A stretch of DNA of 64,000 nucleotides from Candidatus Spongiisociaceae bacterium (GTDB lineage Bacteria; Actinomycetota; Acidimicrobiia; Spongiisociales; Spongiisociaceae). This document shows positions 10,072 through 20,269 of this stretch, one piece after another (the stretch's first letter is position 1; every line of letters starts with the position of its first letter). Position numbers and translations under genes: made by a program. The stretch spans positions 3,296,001-3,360,000 of the forward strand of contig CBDCOH010000002.1 in NCBI GenBank assembly GCA_965219685.1, given 5' to 3'. The notes under the pieces are model-generated. The model was not told the DNA's origin. It ran no database searches and was given only the letters and a program-made list of their open reading frames with translations.

Positions 10072-11790
10072 TCAGGCCTCGCTGACGACCAGGAAGGTCT
10101 CCGTGGACCAGTTGGTGGTGATCCCGTTGTTGATGAACGGCCAACCGGTGAGGTTGTCGTCCCGGTACGCCTGCAGCTTGGTGGGATAGGCCATCACGCA
10201 GTAGGCGAAGGAGTCGTAGAAGATCTGCTGGGCCTGCTTGACCATCCTCAGGCGTTCCGCCGGATTCCCCTCCGTCTGCTGCGCCTTGAACAGGGATTCG
10301 TACTCCGCGTCGCAGTAGTAGGTGTCCGAGAGGTTCCCGAACTGGTCGCACGACTGCACCGACAGCATGAAGGTGGCGTCGGGTGGGGTCTGCCACACCC
10401 AGGTGTACATGTCCCAGTCGGCATCGACGAACACGCGCTGGATGAGCGTCGGGTCGTCCTCGCCGAACACACCCTGTATCTCCATACCGACATCCTCGAG
10501 CATGGGCTTGATGAGCTCCGCGTACAGGGGCAGCCGGTCGATCACCGTGGAGGCGAAAAGACGGAAGCTGAGCTTCTCGCCGTCCGGGCTCTCCCGAACG
10601 CCGTCCCCGTCCCGGTCGATGTAACCGGCGGCATCCAGGATCTCGCGGGCCTTGGCCGGGTTGCCGTTGGCCTGCTCCCCCTCGGGTATCTCGAGGTACG
10701 AGTCACCGAGACCGGGCGGAAGGACCACCGATCCCTTCACGCCCCTGCCACCGAGTACCAGATCCACCAGACGCTGGCGGTCCATGGCCCACGACATCGC
10801 CTCGCGGATCACCGGATCCAGCAACAGCGGGTTGCCGCCCGAATCCGGATGTGGCTGTCCCGGATTGTTCGGGTCCTCGTAGACGTTGATCCCGAAGTGG
10901 TCCAGCACCAGTCCCGGATACTCCTCCACCACGACGTTCGGCTCGCCCTGCAGACCAGCCCAAATGTCAGGAGACGAGAGGGTTCCCGTCACGTCGATCT
11001 CGTCGTTGCGCAGCGAGTTGGCGATGGTCTCCTCGTTGGCCAACTGCACCTTGACGATCGATTCCAAGGTGCCGGGCTTGGGGCCGCCGTTGGCTTCCCA
11101 GCCCCACCAGTCGGCGTTGCGGTCCAGCACGAGGCGGTCGTCGGGCTGGTAGCTGTTCAGCGTGAACGCACCCGATCCGATCATCTCGTCGTTGCCGAAG
11201 ATGTCGATTTCCTCGGGGGACATGCCCTGCCAGATGTGCGCCGGGATGATGGGCGCCCCGACGCTCGGGTCGAGGGCCGGGGGACCTGAGAAGTGGAGCA
11301 CGACCGTCAGGTCGTCAGGCGCCTCGACCGTCTCGAGCGGCTCGAAGAAGCCTCCGAACAGACCCTTCTTGGTGTCCCGGTAGAGCTCGAACGAGTACTT
11401 GATGTCCGCCGATGTGAGCGGCTCACCGTCGTGGAACTCCACACCTGCGCGGATCGTGTAGGTCACCGTGGCCCCACCGTTGGACAGTTCCCTGCTGGTG
11501 GCCAGGGCCAGCTGGGGTGAGAGGTTGTCGTCGAACTCCATCAGCCGGTCGTAGACCAGCCAGTGCATGTCCGGGGTTGATACGGTCACTACCGGGTTGG
11601 GGGTGTCGAAGATGTTCAGGTGCCCGAACCGCATTACGCCCGACGCCGTCTCGCCTCCGCATGCCGCGGCAACCACTGGGGAAGCGAGCATCGCCGCCAT
11701 CCCGGCCTTCCCGGTGTAGGCCATGAACTGCCGCCTGCTAATCGGGTTCTGCAGGATTCCTTCCGTATTGGACATCGAGCCCTCCTCCAC
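10072..11790 (-). CDS. peptide ABC transporter substrate-binding lipoprotein (family 5, Tat signal)
   Basis: SRRQF Tat motif, AAAC lipobox, FHDGEPLTSADI and IGSGAF motifs. Confidence 0.93.
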   Translation of the reverse strand: MEEGSMSNTEGILQNPISRRQFMAYTGKAGMAAMLASPVVAAACGGETASGVMRFGHLNIFDTPNPVVTVSTPDMHWLVYDRLMEFDDNLSPQLALATSRELSNGGATVTYTIRAGVEFHDGEPLTSADIKYSFELYRDTKKGLFGGFFEPLETVEAPDDLTVVLHFSGPPALDPSVGAPIIPAHIWQGMSPEEIDIFGNDEMIGSGAFTLNSYQPDDRLVLDRNADWWGWEANGGPKPGTLESIVKVQLANEETIANSLRNDEIDVTGTLSSPDIWAGLQGEPNVVVEEYPGLVLDHFGINVYEDPNNPGQPHPDSGGNPLLLDPVIREAMSWAMDRQRLVDLVLGGRGVKGSVVLPPGLGDSYLEIPEGEQANGNPAKAREILDAAGYIDRDGDGVRESPDGEKLSFRLFASTVIDRLPLYAELIKPMLEDVGMEIQGVFGEDDPTLIQRVFVDADWDMYTWVWQTPPDATFMLSVQSCDQFGNLSDTYYCDAEYESLFKAQQTEGNPAERLRMVKQAQQIFYDSFAYCVMAYPTKLQAYRDDNLTGWPFINNGITTNWSTETFLVVSEA

Positions 11791-12058
11791 CCGGTTCGAC
11801 TCGTGCGTCCGGGTTATCGCCTCAACAGGGTCCTCGGGGATGTACTACCAGCACGCATGAGGCCGATGAGTGCCCTCCCGTCCCGCGCAAGGGTATCACG
11901 GGCGACTCGGCCAGTCTCGTACGTCTCGGGAGATCGTTAGACACCGGACCGAAACCACCTTGCAAGGACCGGGGATGGTCCGACACCGGTGTGGGGATCA
12001 GCGGTTCGCGCGCTGCCCATACAGCATCTATGACTCGGGATCGAGCGCGCCCATATCA

Positions 12059-12156
12059 GGTTCTCCACCAGTGGGGGGTTCTTCGCACTCGTGGGGGGTT
12101 CTTCGCACTCGGTATACAAGCCGAAACAACACATCAACTGGTGGAATCCCCCCAAC
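12059..12156. repeat. tandem 20-bp duplication plus an inverted degenerate copy
   Basis: GTGGGGGGTTCTTCGCACTC x2 at 12071-12110. 12137-12156 reverse-complements to GTTGGGGGGATTCCACCAGT, which resembles both the unit and the partial unit at 12059-12072. Confidence 0.7.
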
Positions 12157-12249
12157 ATCACCTATCCGCGCGGTCCCATATTACTAACACCTTGCAAGAT
12201 AAACTCATAGCAACTTCAATTGAGAAGGAAGGCAACGTGAGGATTCCCG

Positions 12250-13434
<1,185 letters not shown>

Positions 13435-13437
<3 letters not shown>

Positions 13438-13468
13438 CTCAGCGCTGCACGTGTGTAGCGCTGAGTCA
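13435..13468 (+). terminator. hairpin at the CDF stop codon
   Basis: Perfect 12-bp inverted repeat TGACTCAGCGCT / AGCGCTGAGTCA; no U tract. Confidence 0.55.
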
Positions 13469-13595
13469 TGGCTCAGTGTCTTCCCCAGGGCTGGCGATCT
13501 TCATCTCCGCCCCGGCCGTCATCCTCGCCGGCCCAGGACTCAGTCATGCCTTCGACGCTCGAGCCGCTAGTCCGGCTTCGCGAGAGGGGTCTTGA
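13469..13595 (+). pseudogene. degenerate 3' remnant of a DppC-type ABC permease
   Basis: With one extra base after TTC CCC it reads WLSVFP/GLAIFISAPAVILAGPGLSHAFDAR, like the DppC C-terminus WWxxxFPGLAIxxxxxxxNLxGDxLxDxxDPR. Confidence 0.55.
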
Positions 13596-13710
13596 TTCGG
13601 AGCCGCCTCCTATGACCAGCGCAGGGAACAAACCAGGCATGAGGCTAAGGACGCGGACCCTCACCGCAGACCACCGCGGTTTACCGATCAGTGGCGACCT
13701 CGCCTGCCTT

Positions 13711-13956
13711 CTAACCGCCGCCGATGGCGGGAAGGAAGTGCACCTCGGCGTCCTCGGGTAGCGGCTCGTAGATGGCATCGGCGATGATCTCGCCATCTAT
13801 GGCCACGGCAATGCCCGATTTCAACTGCTCCCCCACACCCGGGAACAGCCGGTCGAGTTCGGCCACGAGCGAACGCACGGTGGCAGCCTCTACCTCTACC
13901 TCCTCGACCCCTCCGGTGAACCGTCGCAGGGCCGAACCGAGGAAGACGCGGGCCAT
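13711..13956 (-). CDS. MoaD/ThiS family ubiquitin-like sulfur carrier
   Basis: 81 aa beta-grasp pattern ending in PAIGGG. Confidence 0.9.
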   Translation of the reverse strand: MARVFLGSALRRFTGGVEEVEVEAATVRSLVAELDRLFPGVGEQLKSGIAVAIDGEIIADAIYEPLPEDAEVHFLPAIGGG

Positions 13957-16244
13957 CAGCCGCCGTTGCCACCGATCGCGGCCAGCACCTTCACCGGCGA
14001 CATCGGCAACTCGCCGAGCCGCAGACCGGTGGCGCCGTGTATGGCGTTGGCGATGGCCGCCATCGGCGGGACGATCCCCACTTCGCCGACGCCCCGCACG
14101 CCGTACGGATGGCCCGGGTTGGGCACTTCGACCACCACGGTGTCGATCATGGGAAGGTCCGAGGCCACCGGCATCCGGTAGTCGAGGAACCCGGGGTTCT
14201 CCATGGCTCCCCGATCATCGAAGATGTACTCCTCGTTGAGAGCCCAGCCGATCCCCTGGACCACCCCTCCCTGCATCTGGCCCTCTACGTAGCTGGGGTG
14301 GATGGCCCGGCCGGCGTCCTGGGCCGTGGTGTAGCGCAGGATGGTTACGGCCCCGGTCTCGGGGTCGACCTCCACGTCGCAGACCTGGGTCGAGAAAGCC
14401 ACGCCCACGCCGCGTGCGTTCAGGGAGGCCGAAGCGGTGATCGGGCCACCCGTCTTGCCCGACGATTCGGCGAGGTCCTCCGTCGTGAGGGGAGCGCGAT
14501 CGCCGTCGACATGCTGAGCACGGCCGTCCACCCACTCCACCTCGTCGACGTCGACGTCCCAGATCTTGGCGGCCCTGGCCCGCATGTCGGCCACCAGCTC
14601 GCGGCATGCCTCGATCACCGCCATGCCCGTGGCGTGCGTTACCCGGCTTCCGCCGGTCAGGTCGGTGAACCCGATCGACTCGGTGTCGGCGATGATCGGC
14701 GTGATCCGGTAGACATCGATCCCGAGTTCCTCCGCCGCCATCAACGCCATCGAGGCGCGGCTGCCGCCGATGTCGGGGCTTCCCGTCATGACCGAGGCGC
14801 CCCCGTCCTCGTTGATGTGCACCGTGGCGCTCGAGTTGGAACCGATGTTGAACCAGAACCCGCTCGCCACCCCGCGGCCCTGGTTGGGTCCCAGCAACTC
14901 CGAGTAGTGGGGATGGTCCTTGATCGCCTCGACCGTCTCGCGGTACCCGATCTTGCGGAACTTGGGACCGTAGACGGACTTGACACCCTCCTCGACCGCG
15001 TTGCGAAGGCGCAACTCCAGGGGATCCATCCCGATCTCCTCGGCCAGTTCGTCGAGCACCGTCTCGGAGGCAAAAGCGGCCATAGGTGCTCCGGGGGCCC
15101 GGTATGCAGCCACTTTCGGCATGTTGTTGACGACGTCGAAGCCCTCGAGGAAGAAGTTGGGAACGTCGTAAGGAGTGAGGATGCACATGAGGCCCAACTG
15201 CACCTGCGAGCCTTTGAAGGCGCCGGCCTGGTAGGCCAGCCATCCCTCGGCGGCGACCAGCTTGCCGTCCCGGCGAACGCCCATTTTCAGGCGCATCTTG
15301 GATCCCGAGGTCGGGCCCGTGGCACGGAAGACCTCGTCCCGGCTCATCACGATCTTGACCGGTCGACCGGCCTTCTGCGACAGCAGGGTCGCCACCGGCT
15401 CGACGTAGACAACGGTCTTGCCTCCGAAACCTCCGCCGATCTCAGCCGGGATGACCTTGATCCGAGAGGGTTCCCACCCGAGTAGCTTGGCGGTGAGGGT
15501 ACGCACCATGAAGTGTCCCTGGGACGAGCACCACACCACCGCGCGGCCGTCCTCGGCGGTATCGGCGACGACGGCATGCGGTTCGATGTAGCCCTGATGG
15601 ACGGGCCGGGTGAGGAACTCCCGCTCGACGATCACGTCTGCTTCGGCGAATCCCTGCTCCAGATCTCCCCGCTCGTAGACGTGCCGCGCCGCGATGTTCG
15701 AAGCCCTGTCCGGTACCGGGTCGGCGCCTGAGGTGATCAGGTCCGGGTGGAGGATCGGGGCATCGGGCGCCATCGCATCGTCGATATCGATGACATGGGG
15801 AAGCACCTCGTAGTCGACTTCTATCGCCGCCATGGCCGCCAGGGCGACCCTCCGTGAGGTCGCCGCCACCGCAGCGAGGGCGTGACCCTCGTACAGCACC
15901 TTGTCGCGCGCCATGATGTTGCGGCACAGATCGCGATAGTCCACCGCCCCCTCACCGCCCTCGCCGGCTTCCGATTCCAGCATCGGGAAGTCGGCCCCGG
16001 TCACCACCGCCTTCACACCGTCCATGGCCAGGGCCGCGGAGGTGTCGATCGAACGGATCCGGGCGTGGGCGTGAGGAGAACGAAGGACCATCCCGACGAG
16101 CATGCCGGGTAGGGATAGGTCAGCGCCGAAACGTGCCCGGCCGGTGACCTTGTCGAGGCCGTCGTGGCGGACGGGCCGGGTGCCCACCCACTTGTAGCCC
16201 GGCTTGGTTTCGGTCATGGTTGCAGGGGTGGCGGTAGTGGTCAC
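13956..16244 (-). CDS. xanthine dehydrogenase family molybdopterin-binding subunit
   Basis: KVTGRARF, IGGGFGGK, AYRAPG, VEGQMQGG and GVGEVG motifs. Confidence 0.94.
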   Translation of the reverse strand: MTTTATPATMTETKPGYKWVGTRPVRHDGLDKVTGRARFGADLSLPGMLVGMVLRSPHAHARIRSIDTSAALAMDGVKAVVTGADFPMLESEAGEGGEGAVDYRDLCRNIMARDKVLYEGHALAAVAATSRRVALAAMAAIEVDYEVLPHVIDIDDAMAPDAPILHPDLITSGADPVPDRASNIAARHVYERGDLEQGFAEADVIVEREFLTRPVHQGYIEPHAVVADTAEDGRAVVWCSSQGHFMVRTLTAKLLGWEPSRIKVIPAEIGGGFGGKTVVYVEPVATLLSQKAGRPVKIVMSRDEVFRATGPTSGSKMRLKMGVRRDGKLVAAEGWLAYQAGAFKGSQVQLGLMCILTPYDVPNFFLEGFDVVNNMPKVAAYRAPGAPMAAFASETVLDELAEEIGMDPLELRLRNAVEEGVKSVYGPKFRKIGYRETVEAIKDHPHYSELLGPNQGRGVASGFWFNIGSNSSATVHINEDGGASVMTGSPDIGGSRASMALMAAEELGIDVYRITPIIADTESIGFTDLTGGSRVTHATGMAVIEACRELVADMRARAAKIWDVDVDEVEWVDGRAQHVDGDRAPLTTEDLAESSGKTGGPITASASLNARGVGVAFSTQVCDVEVDPETGAVTILRYTTAQDAGRAIHPSYVEGQMQGGVVQGIGWALNEEYIFDDRGAMENPGFLDYRMPVASDLPMIDTVVVEVPNPGHPYGVRGVGEVGIVPPMAAIANAIHGATGLRLGELPMSPVKVLAAIGGNGG

Positions 16245-16738
16245 ACCTTCTCCTTTGCCTCCGAAGCTTCTTTCATGTCAGCGGCTGCCGTCAGGATCGA
16301 CCGGACGATCTTGTCGTAACCGGTGCACCGGCACAGGTTTCCTGCGATGGCATAGCGAACCTCGGTCTCAGTCGGGTCGGGATTCCTGTCGAGCAAGGCT
16401 TTCCCGGCAACCAGGAGTCCAGGCGTGCAGATGCCGCATTGCAGGGCGGCACCCACCAGGAAGTTCTCCTGCAGCGGATGCAGCCCGTCCGGACCGGCCA
16501 AGCCCTCCACAGTTGTGATGACCGCGCCGTCCGCCTCGGGGGCCAGAACGAGGCACGAACACGTGAGCCGGCCGTCCATGATCACCGAGCAGGCGCCGCA
16601 GTCGCCGGTCGCGCACCCCTCCTTGACCCCCATTAGCCCGACGACGTCCCGGAGCGCGTCAAGCAGGGTCTGGTCGCCCTGGCAGAGGAACTCGGCTTCG
16701 TCGCCGTTGATGGTGCAGGTGACGTGGGTGCTACTCAT
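16241..16738 (-). CDS. CoxS-type 2x[2Fe-2S] subunit
   Basis: GCATGDCGACSV, QCGIC and GNLCRCTGY motifs. Confidence 0.95.
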   Translation of the reverse strand: MSSTHVTCTINGDEAEFLCQGDQTLLDALRDVVGLMGVKEGCATGDCGACSVIMDGRLTCSCLVLAPEADGAVITTVEGLAGPDGLHPLQENFLVGAALQCGICTPGLLVAGKALLDRNPDPTETEVRYAIAGNLCRCTGYDKIVRSILTAAADMKEASEAKEKV

Positions 16739-16766
16739 ACGGTCTTCCTCGCGATCGGCTGGAACT

Positions 16767-17630
16767 TCATGTCGCGGTTCCTTCCGCCCGGGCGGCTGCC
16801 AGCTTGAGTGCCCTCACGGTCAGCACGCCCGCGACCTGGCGGCGGTACTCCTTGGTACCGCGCTTGTCGTCGATGGGGTTGCAGGCGGCGGCCGCCTCCG
16901 CCGAGACTTGGCTGAGCACGGAATCCGTCAGGCCCTGCCCAATCAGGGCGGCTTCGGCAGCGGATACGCGGACCACGGTCGGAGCCACTGCTCCCAAGGC
17001 GATGGAGGCCGCTGTGCACCGTCCCTCCCCATCCAGCGAGAGACGCGCCCCGGCGCCGACCACCGCGATGTCCATTTCGGTGCGGGGGATGAACCTGAGG
17101 TAAGCGTCGGAGGTCCGCGCCGGGGGCCGGTCGAACTCGAACTCGACTACGAACTCGCCCGGACCGAGGGAAGTCGAGCCAGGACCGGTCACCACCGAGT
17201 CGACGGGAACCGTCCTCGTACCGCCGGGTCCGGCGATCACCGCTCTCCCGTCGTTGACCACCATTGCCGGAACGCTGTCGGCCGCCGGGGAGGCGTTGCA
17301 CAGATTCCCTCCCAGACTGGCCCGACTCTGGATCTGATCGCTCCCGATCAGGGCGGCGGCCTCCACCAGTCCGGGGAGGTCGGCTACCAGGGATTCTTCC
17401 TCGGAGAGGCGCACGGACGGGGTGGCCGCGCCTATCACCCACGTGTCCCCGACCAGGCGCAGGTCGGTCAGCCGGTGGATCCGCTTTAGATCAACGGCCC
17501 GGTCGGGTTCGGGCCGACCCATCCGCAACTGCGGGATGAGGTCCGTGGCGCCGGCGTAGACCTTCGCGTCGCCGTCGCCAGCCAGGACCGCGACCGCTTC
17601 TTCGATGGTTGTGGGGGCTACATACCTCAC
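16767..17630 (-). CDS. CoxM-type FAD-binding subunit
   Basis: AGATDL, ASLGGNLCNASPAAD and PIDDKRGT motifs. Confidence 0.94.
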   Translation of the reverse strand: MRYVAPTTIEEAVAVLAGDGDAKVYAGATDLIPQLRMGRPEPDRAVDLKRIHRLTDLRLVGDTWVIGAATPSVRLSEEESLVADLPGLVEAAALIGSDQIQSRASLGGNLCNASPAADSVPAMVVNDGRAVIAGPGGTRTVPVDSVVTGPGSTSLGPGEFVVEFEFDRPPARTSDAYLRFIPRTEMDIAVVGAGARLSLDGEGRCTAASIALGAVAPTVVRVSAAEAALIGQGLTDSVLSQVSAEAAAACNPIDDKRGTKEYRRQVAGVLTVRALKLAAARAEGTAT

Positions 17631-17723
17631 GCTGCAACCGACCTCATACCGCTCCTCTCAGGCGACGAACCGTGGACTCCGACCCAGACATCAGCACGGT
17701 TGGCACGCTAGCAGGTGGGGGAA

Positions 17724-17810
17724 TGGTGGGTGGTGAGTGGTGAATGGTGAATGGTGAATGGTGGTGGTGAAGATCTAACCAATCACCAAACTGCTAGTCA
17801 CCAATCACCA
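17724..17810. repeat. heptamer array (TGGTGAR)n facing an inverted degenerate (AATCACC)-like array around AGATCT
   Basis: TGGTGGG TGGTGAG TGGTGAA x3, then AGATCT at 17771-17776, then AATCACC-like units. Confidence 0.75.
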
Positions 17811-17814
17811 GACC

Positions 17815-18276
17815 TCAGTGATCTTCGCTCATCATCGCGGAGGCCCTGCGAGACAGTTCTTCGGGGTCCACGTCCTCTACGTGGGTGGAGACTCCCCAGC
17901 GGTGTCCCCAGGGATCCTCGAACTGCCCGGATCTGTCACCGTAGAACTGGTTCTCGACCGGGCGTATCTCGGTGGCGCCGGCTGCCAGCGCGGCTGCGTA
18001 TGTGGCATCGGAGTCCTCCACGTAGACGCTCATGGACATCGGGGTTCCGCCCAGGGTCTTGGGGCCGACGACACCCATCTCGGGCCACTCGTCGGACAGC
18101 ATCACGAGCGAGTCACCCAGGGCCAACTCGCAGTGCCCGACCCGGTCGCCGAACTCCATACGGTTACGCTCGGTGAACCCCAGGACGCTGGTGTAGAACT
18201 CGATGGCCGCACCGGCCCCGTCTACGCATAGGTAAACCGAGACTCGCGGGCGATTGTCGGGGATCTGGTTGGTCAT
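17815..18276 (-). CDS. VOC/glyoxalase (PhnB-like) protein
   Basis: AIEFYTSVLG and QFYGDRSGQFEDPWGHRW motifs. Confidence 0.92.
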   Translation of the reverse strand: MTNQIPDNRPRVSVYLCVDGAGAAIEFYTSVLGFTERNRMEFGDRVGHCELALGDSLVMLSDEWPEMGVVGPKTLGGTPMSMSVYVEDSDATYAAALAAGATEIRPVENQFYGDRSGQFEDPWGHRWGVSTHVEDVDPEELSRRASAMMSEDH

Positions 18277-18298
18277 TATGTTCGTCCTTTGCCGGTCG

Positions 18299-19831
18299 CT
18301 AGCCACCAATCACCATAGAGGCGTGTTCGGCGATCGTCACGGTCGGCAGATGGGTGTTGGCCCTCGGAACCTGGGGCATGATCGATGCATCCACCACGCG
18401 GAGGCCGTCGACGCCCAGCACGCGGCACTTCTCGTCCACCACCGTCTCCGGACGATCGGAAGGGCCCATCCGGCAACTTCCGCTGGCATGCTGCGCATCC
18501 AGGCAGGACCGCATCAGCCAGGCATCGAGGTCGTCATCCCCTAGCTCCACATCTACGTCCAGCGGCTCGGGCCCGAGCCAGGAGTTCGAGGCGACATCGC
18601 GGATCGGATCGGTCCGGGCGAACTCCCTGAGGCGCCGGACCCCGTCTCTGAGGCGAGCCAGGTCCCCGGGATCGGACAGCATGCGGAAATCGACCCTGGG
18701 TTCTGCCCCGGGGTCAGTGCTGGTGATCGCAACCTCGCCCCGGGAAGTGCTCTCGAACACGCACAACTCCAGCAACCCGGTGCTGTAGCCCTCGTCGCCG
18801 TAGCCGCTGAGGTTCATCGACAGCAGGAGCATGTCGTTGGGTACGCCCCCGGCCACGCCCGACCCGTACCGGACGCAGCAATTGGTGTGGCGGGCGTCGG
18901 GCGAGGTGGCTCGGGCGTGTTCACGCAACTCGAGCATCAGCCAGATGGCGGGATGCTCCTGCAGACCCTGGCCAGCAGGAAGGTCGGCCACGATGTCTAT
19001 GCCAAGAGCCGAGAGGATGCCGGTGGGGCCGATGCCGGACCGCTGCAGGATGGCGGGAGTGTGGATGGCGCCGGCACACAGAATCACCTCACCACCGTCG
19101 ACCTGCCTGAGCCCATCCTCCAAGTGGACGCGCACACCCCTTGCCTGCCCGTGGGACAGCAGGACGCGGTCGACTCGGGCGCCCCCGCGAACGGTGAGGT
19201 TCGACCGGTCGCGCACCGGTTCGATGTACGCGTCGTTGGTGGTTACCCGCCGCCCGTCCCGGCTGTTGATGGCGTACGGGGACACCCCCGTGGACCCGGG
19301 CGCGTTGTGATCATCGTGCCAGGGATGGCCGATGGCCAGTGCCGCGTCGCGCAACGCCAGATCGACCGCCCCCCATTCCGCCTGCGGGGTCCGGTACACG
19401 GGGATAGGGCCGGTGTCCCCGTGATACGGCGCATCCCCGAAGTCGAGGTCGGCCTCCATGCGGTGGATCGCCGGTAGCAGGTCGGCGCTCGTCCACCCCG
19501 GCAGCCTCCAGCGGTCAAAGTCCTCCGGCATGGCCTGGATGGCGATCTGCCCGTTTATAGCCGAACTGCCCCCGACTCCCCTCCCCCGCCAGTAGAGCGA
19601 TGCGTCCTGCACGGAGGTGCGCCTAGCCACCAGCCTCGGCCAGTGGTAGTCGGAGTCGGAGATGATCCGGGCCGGGTTGGGGCTGCGGATGTGCCAGGGC
19701 GTGTCGGCCGACCGGTAGTCCATCCCCGCCTCGAGCAGCAGCACCTGCCGATCGGGATCCTCGCTCAGCCGCGCCGCGACCACGGCGCCTGCCGACCCCG
19801 CCCCCACCACGATCGTGTCGTAACCGTTCAT
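18299..19831 (-). CDS. GMC oxidoreductase (choline dehydrogenase-like)
   Basis: VGAGSAG, RGRGVGGSSAING, HASGSCRMG and VVDASIMP..ANT motifs. Confidence 0.93.
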   Translation of the reverse strand: MNGYDTIVVGAGSAGAVVAARLSEDPDRQVLLLEAGMDYRSADTPWHIRSPNPARIISDSDYHWPRLVARRTSVQDASLYWRGRGVGGSSAINGQIAIQAMPEDFDRWRLPGWTSADLLPAIHRMEADLDFGDAPYHGDTGPIPVYRTPQAEWGAVDLALRDAALAIGHPWHDDHNAPGSTGVSPYAINSRDGRRVTTNDAYIEPVRDRSNLTVRGGARVDRVLLSHGQARGVRVHLEDGLRQVDGGEVILCAGAIHTPAILQRSGIGPTGILSALGIDIVADLPAGQGLQEHPAIWLMLELREHARATSPDARHTNCCVRYGSGVAGGVPNDMLLLSMNLSGYGDEGYSTGLLELCVFESTSRGEVAITSTDPGAEPRVDFRMLSDPGDLARLRDGVRRLREFARTDPIRDVASNSWLGPEPLDVDVELGDDDLDAWLMRSCLDAQHASGSCRMGPSDRPETVVDEKCRVLGVDGLRVVDASIMPQVPRANTHLPTVTIAEHASMVIGG

Positions 19832-19973
19832 GCCATGAACCTACCCGCCTTGCGGGTGTACCCCACACATCGCATCGAATTACACATACGTAACCGTTGT
19901 TCTGTTCCTTTTGTTTTCCGCTAACTCAACAATTTACGGCTGTCAAGGCAGGGTGGCGGGTCACCAGGGCAGA

Positions 19974-20197
19974 TCAACACGGCCCTGCCGGACATTCACC
20001 CAGGCGCCTGAGGGTATCGGCGCGAGCCTCCATCACACGCCGCGCCGCCGCGGAAACCTGGTCTCTATGTTGTCCCCTTTGGAGACGTAATCCCTGACGG
20101 CCCGACGGGCCGCCTTCTGCATGGAGATGCCCTCGGCGGCCGCCCGCTCGCGCAGCGCCGTGCATTCGTCGTCCGTCGGGCGGAGGGTCATGGCCAT
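19974..20197 (-). pseudogene. frameshifted ribbon-helix-helix antitoxin (Doc-associated type), toxin absent
   Basis: MAMTLRPTDDECTALRERAAAEGISMQKAARRAVRDYVSKG, then a frame change near 20072-20080 into QHRDQVSAAARRVMEARADTLRRLGE. Confidence 0.65.
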
Positions 20198-20269
20198 CGG
20201 CGAGATACCATCCGGCGGCCCCGCGCGGTCTCGACCACGGCAGATGGCCCTCGGTACACTCACCCGGCT

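Noticed and set aside
9373-11289. 638-aa plus-strand ORF, and similar long ORFs at 14037, 31823, 33662, 43889 and 46360
   Set aside because: Antisense shadows of well-supported genes, expected in high-GC DNA.
13956-17630. Aerobic CO dehydrogenase (coxMSL) call for either molybdoenzyme cluster
   Set aside because: Neither large subunit has the form I AYXCSFR motif.
19918-19946. TTGACA-N17-TAGCGG promoter on the minus strand
   Set aside because: The -10 lacks the conserved final T; a better leaderless -10 lies next to the GMC start.
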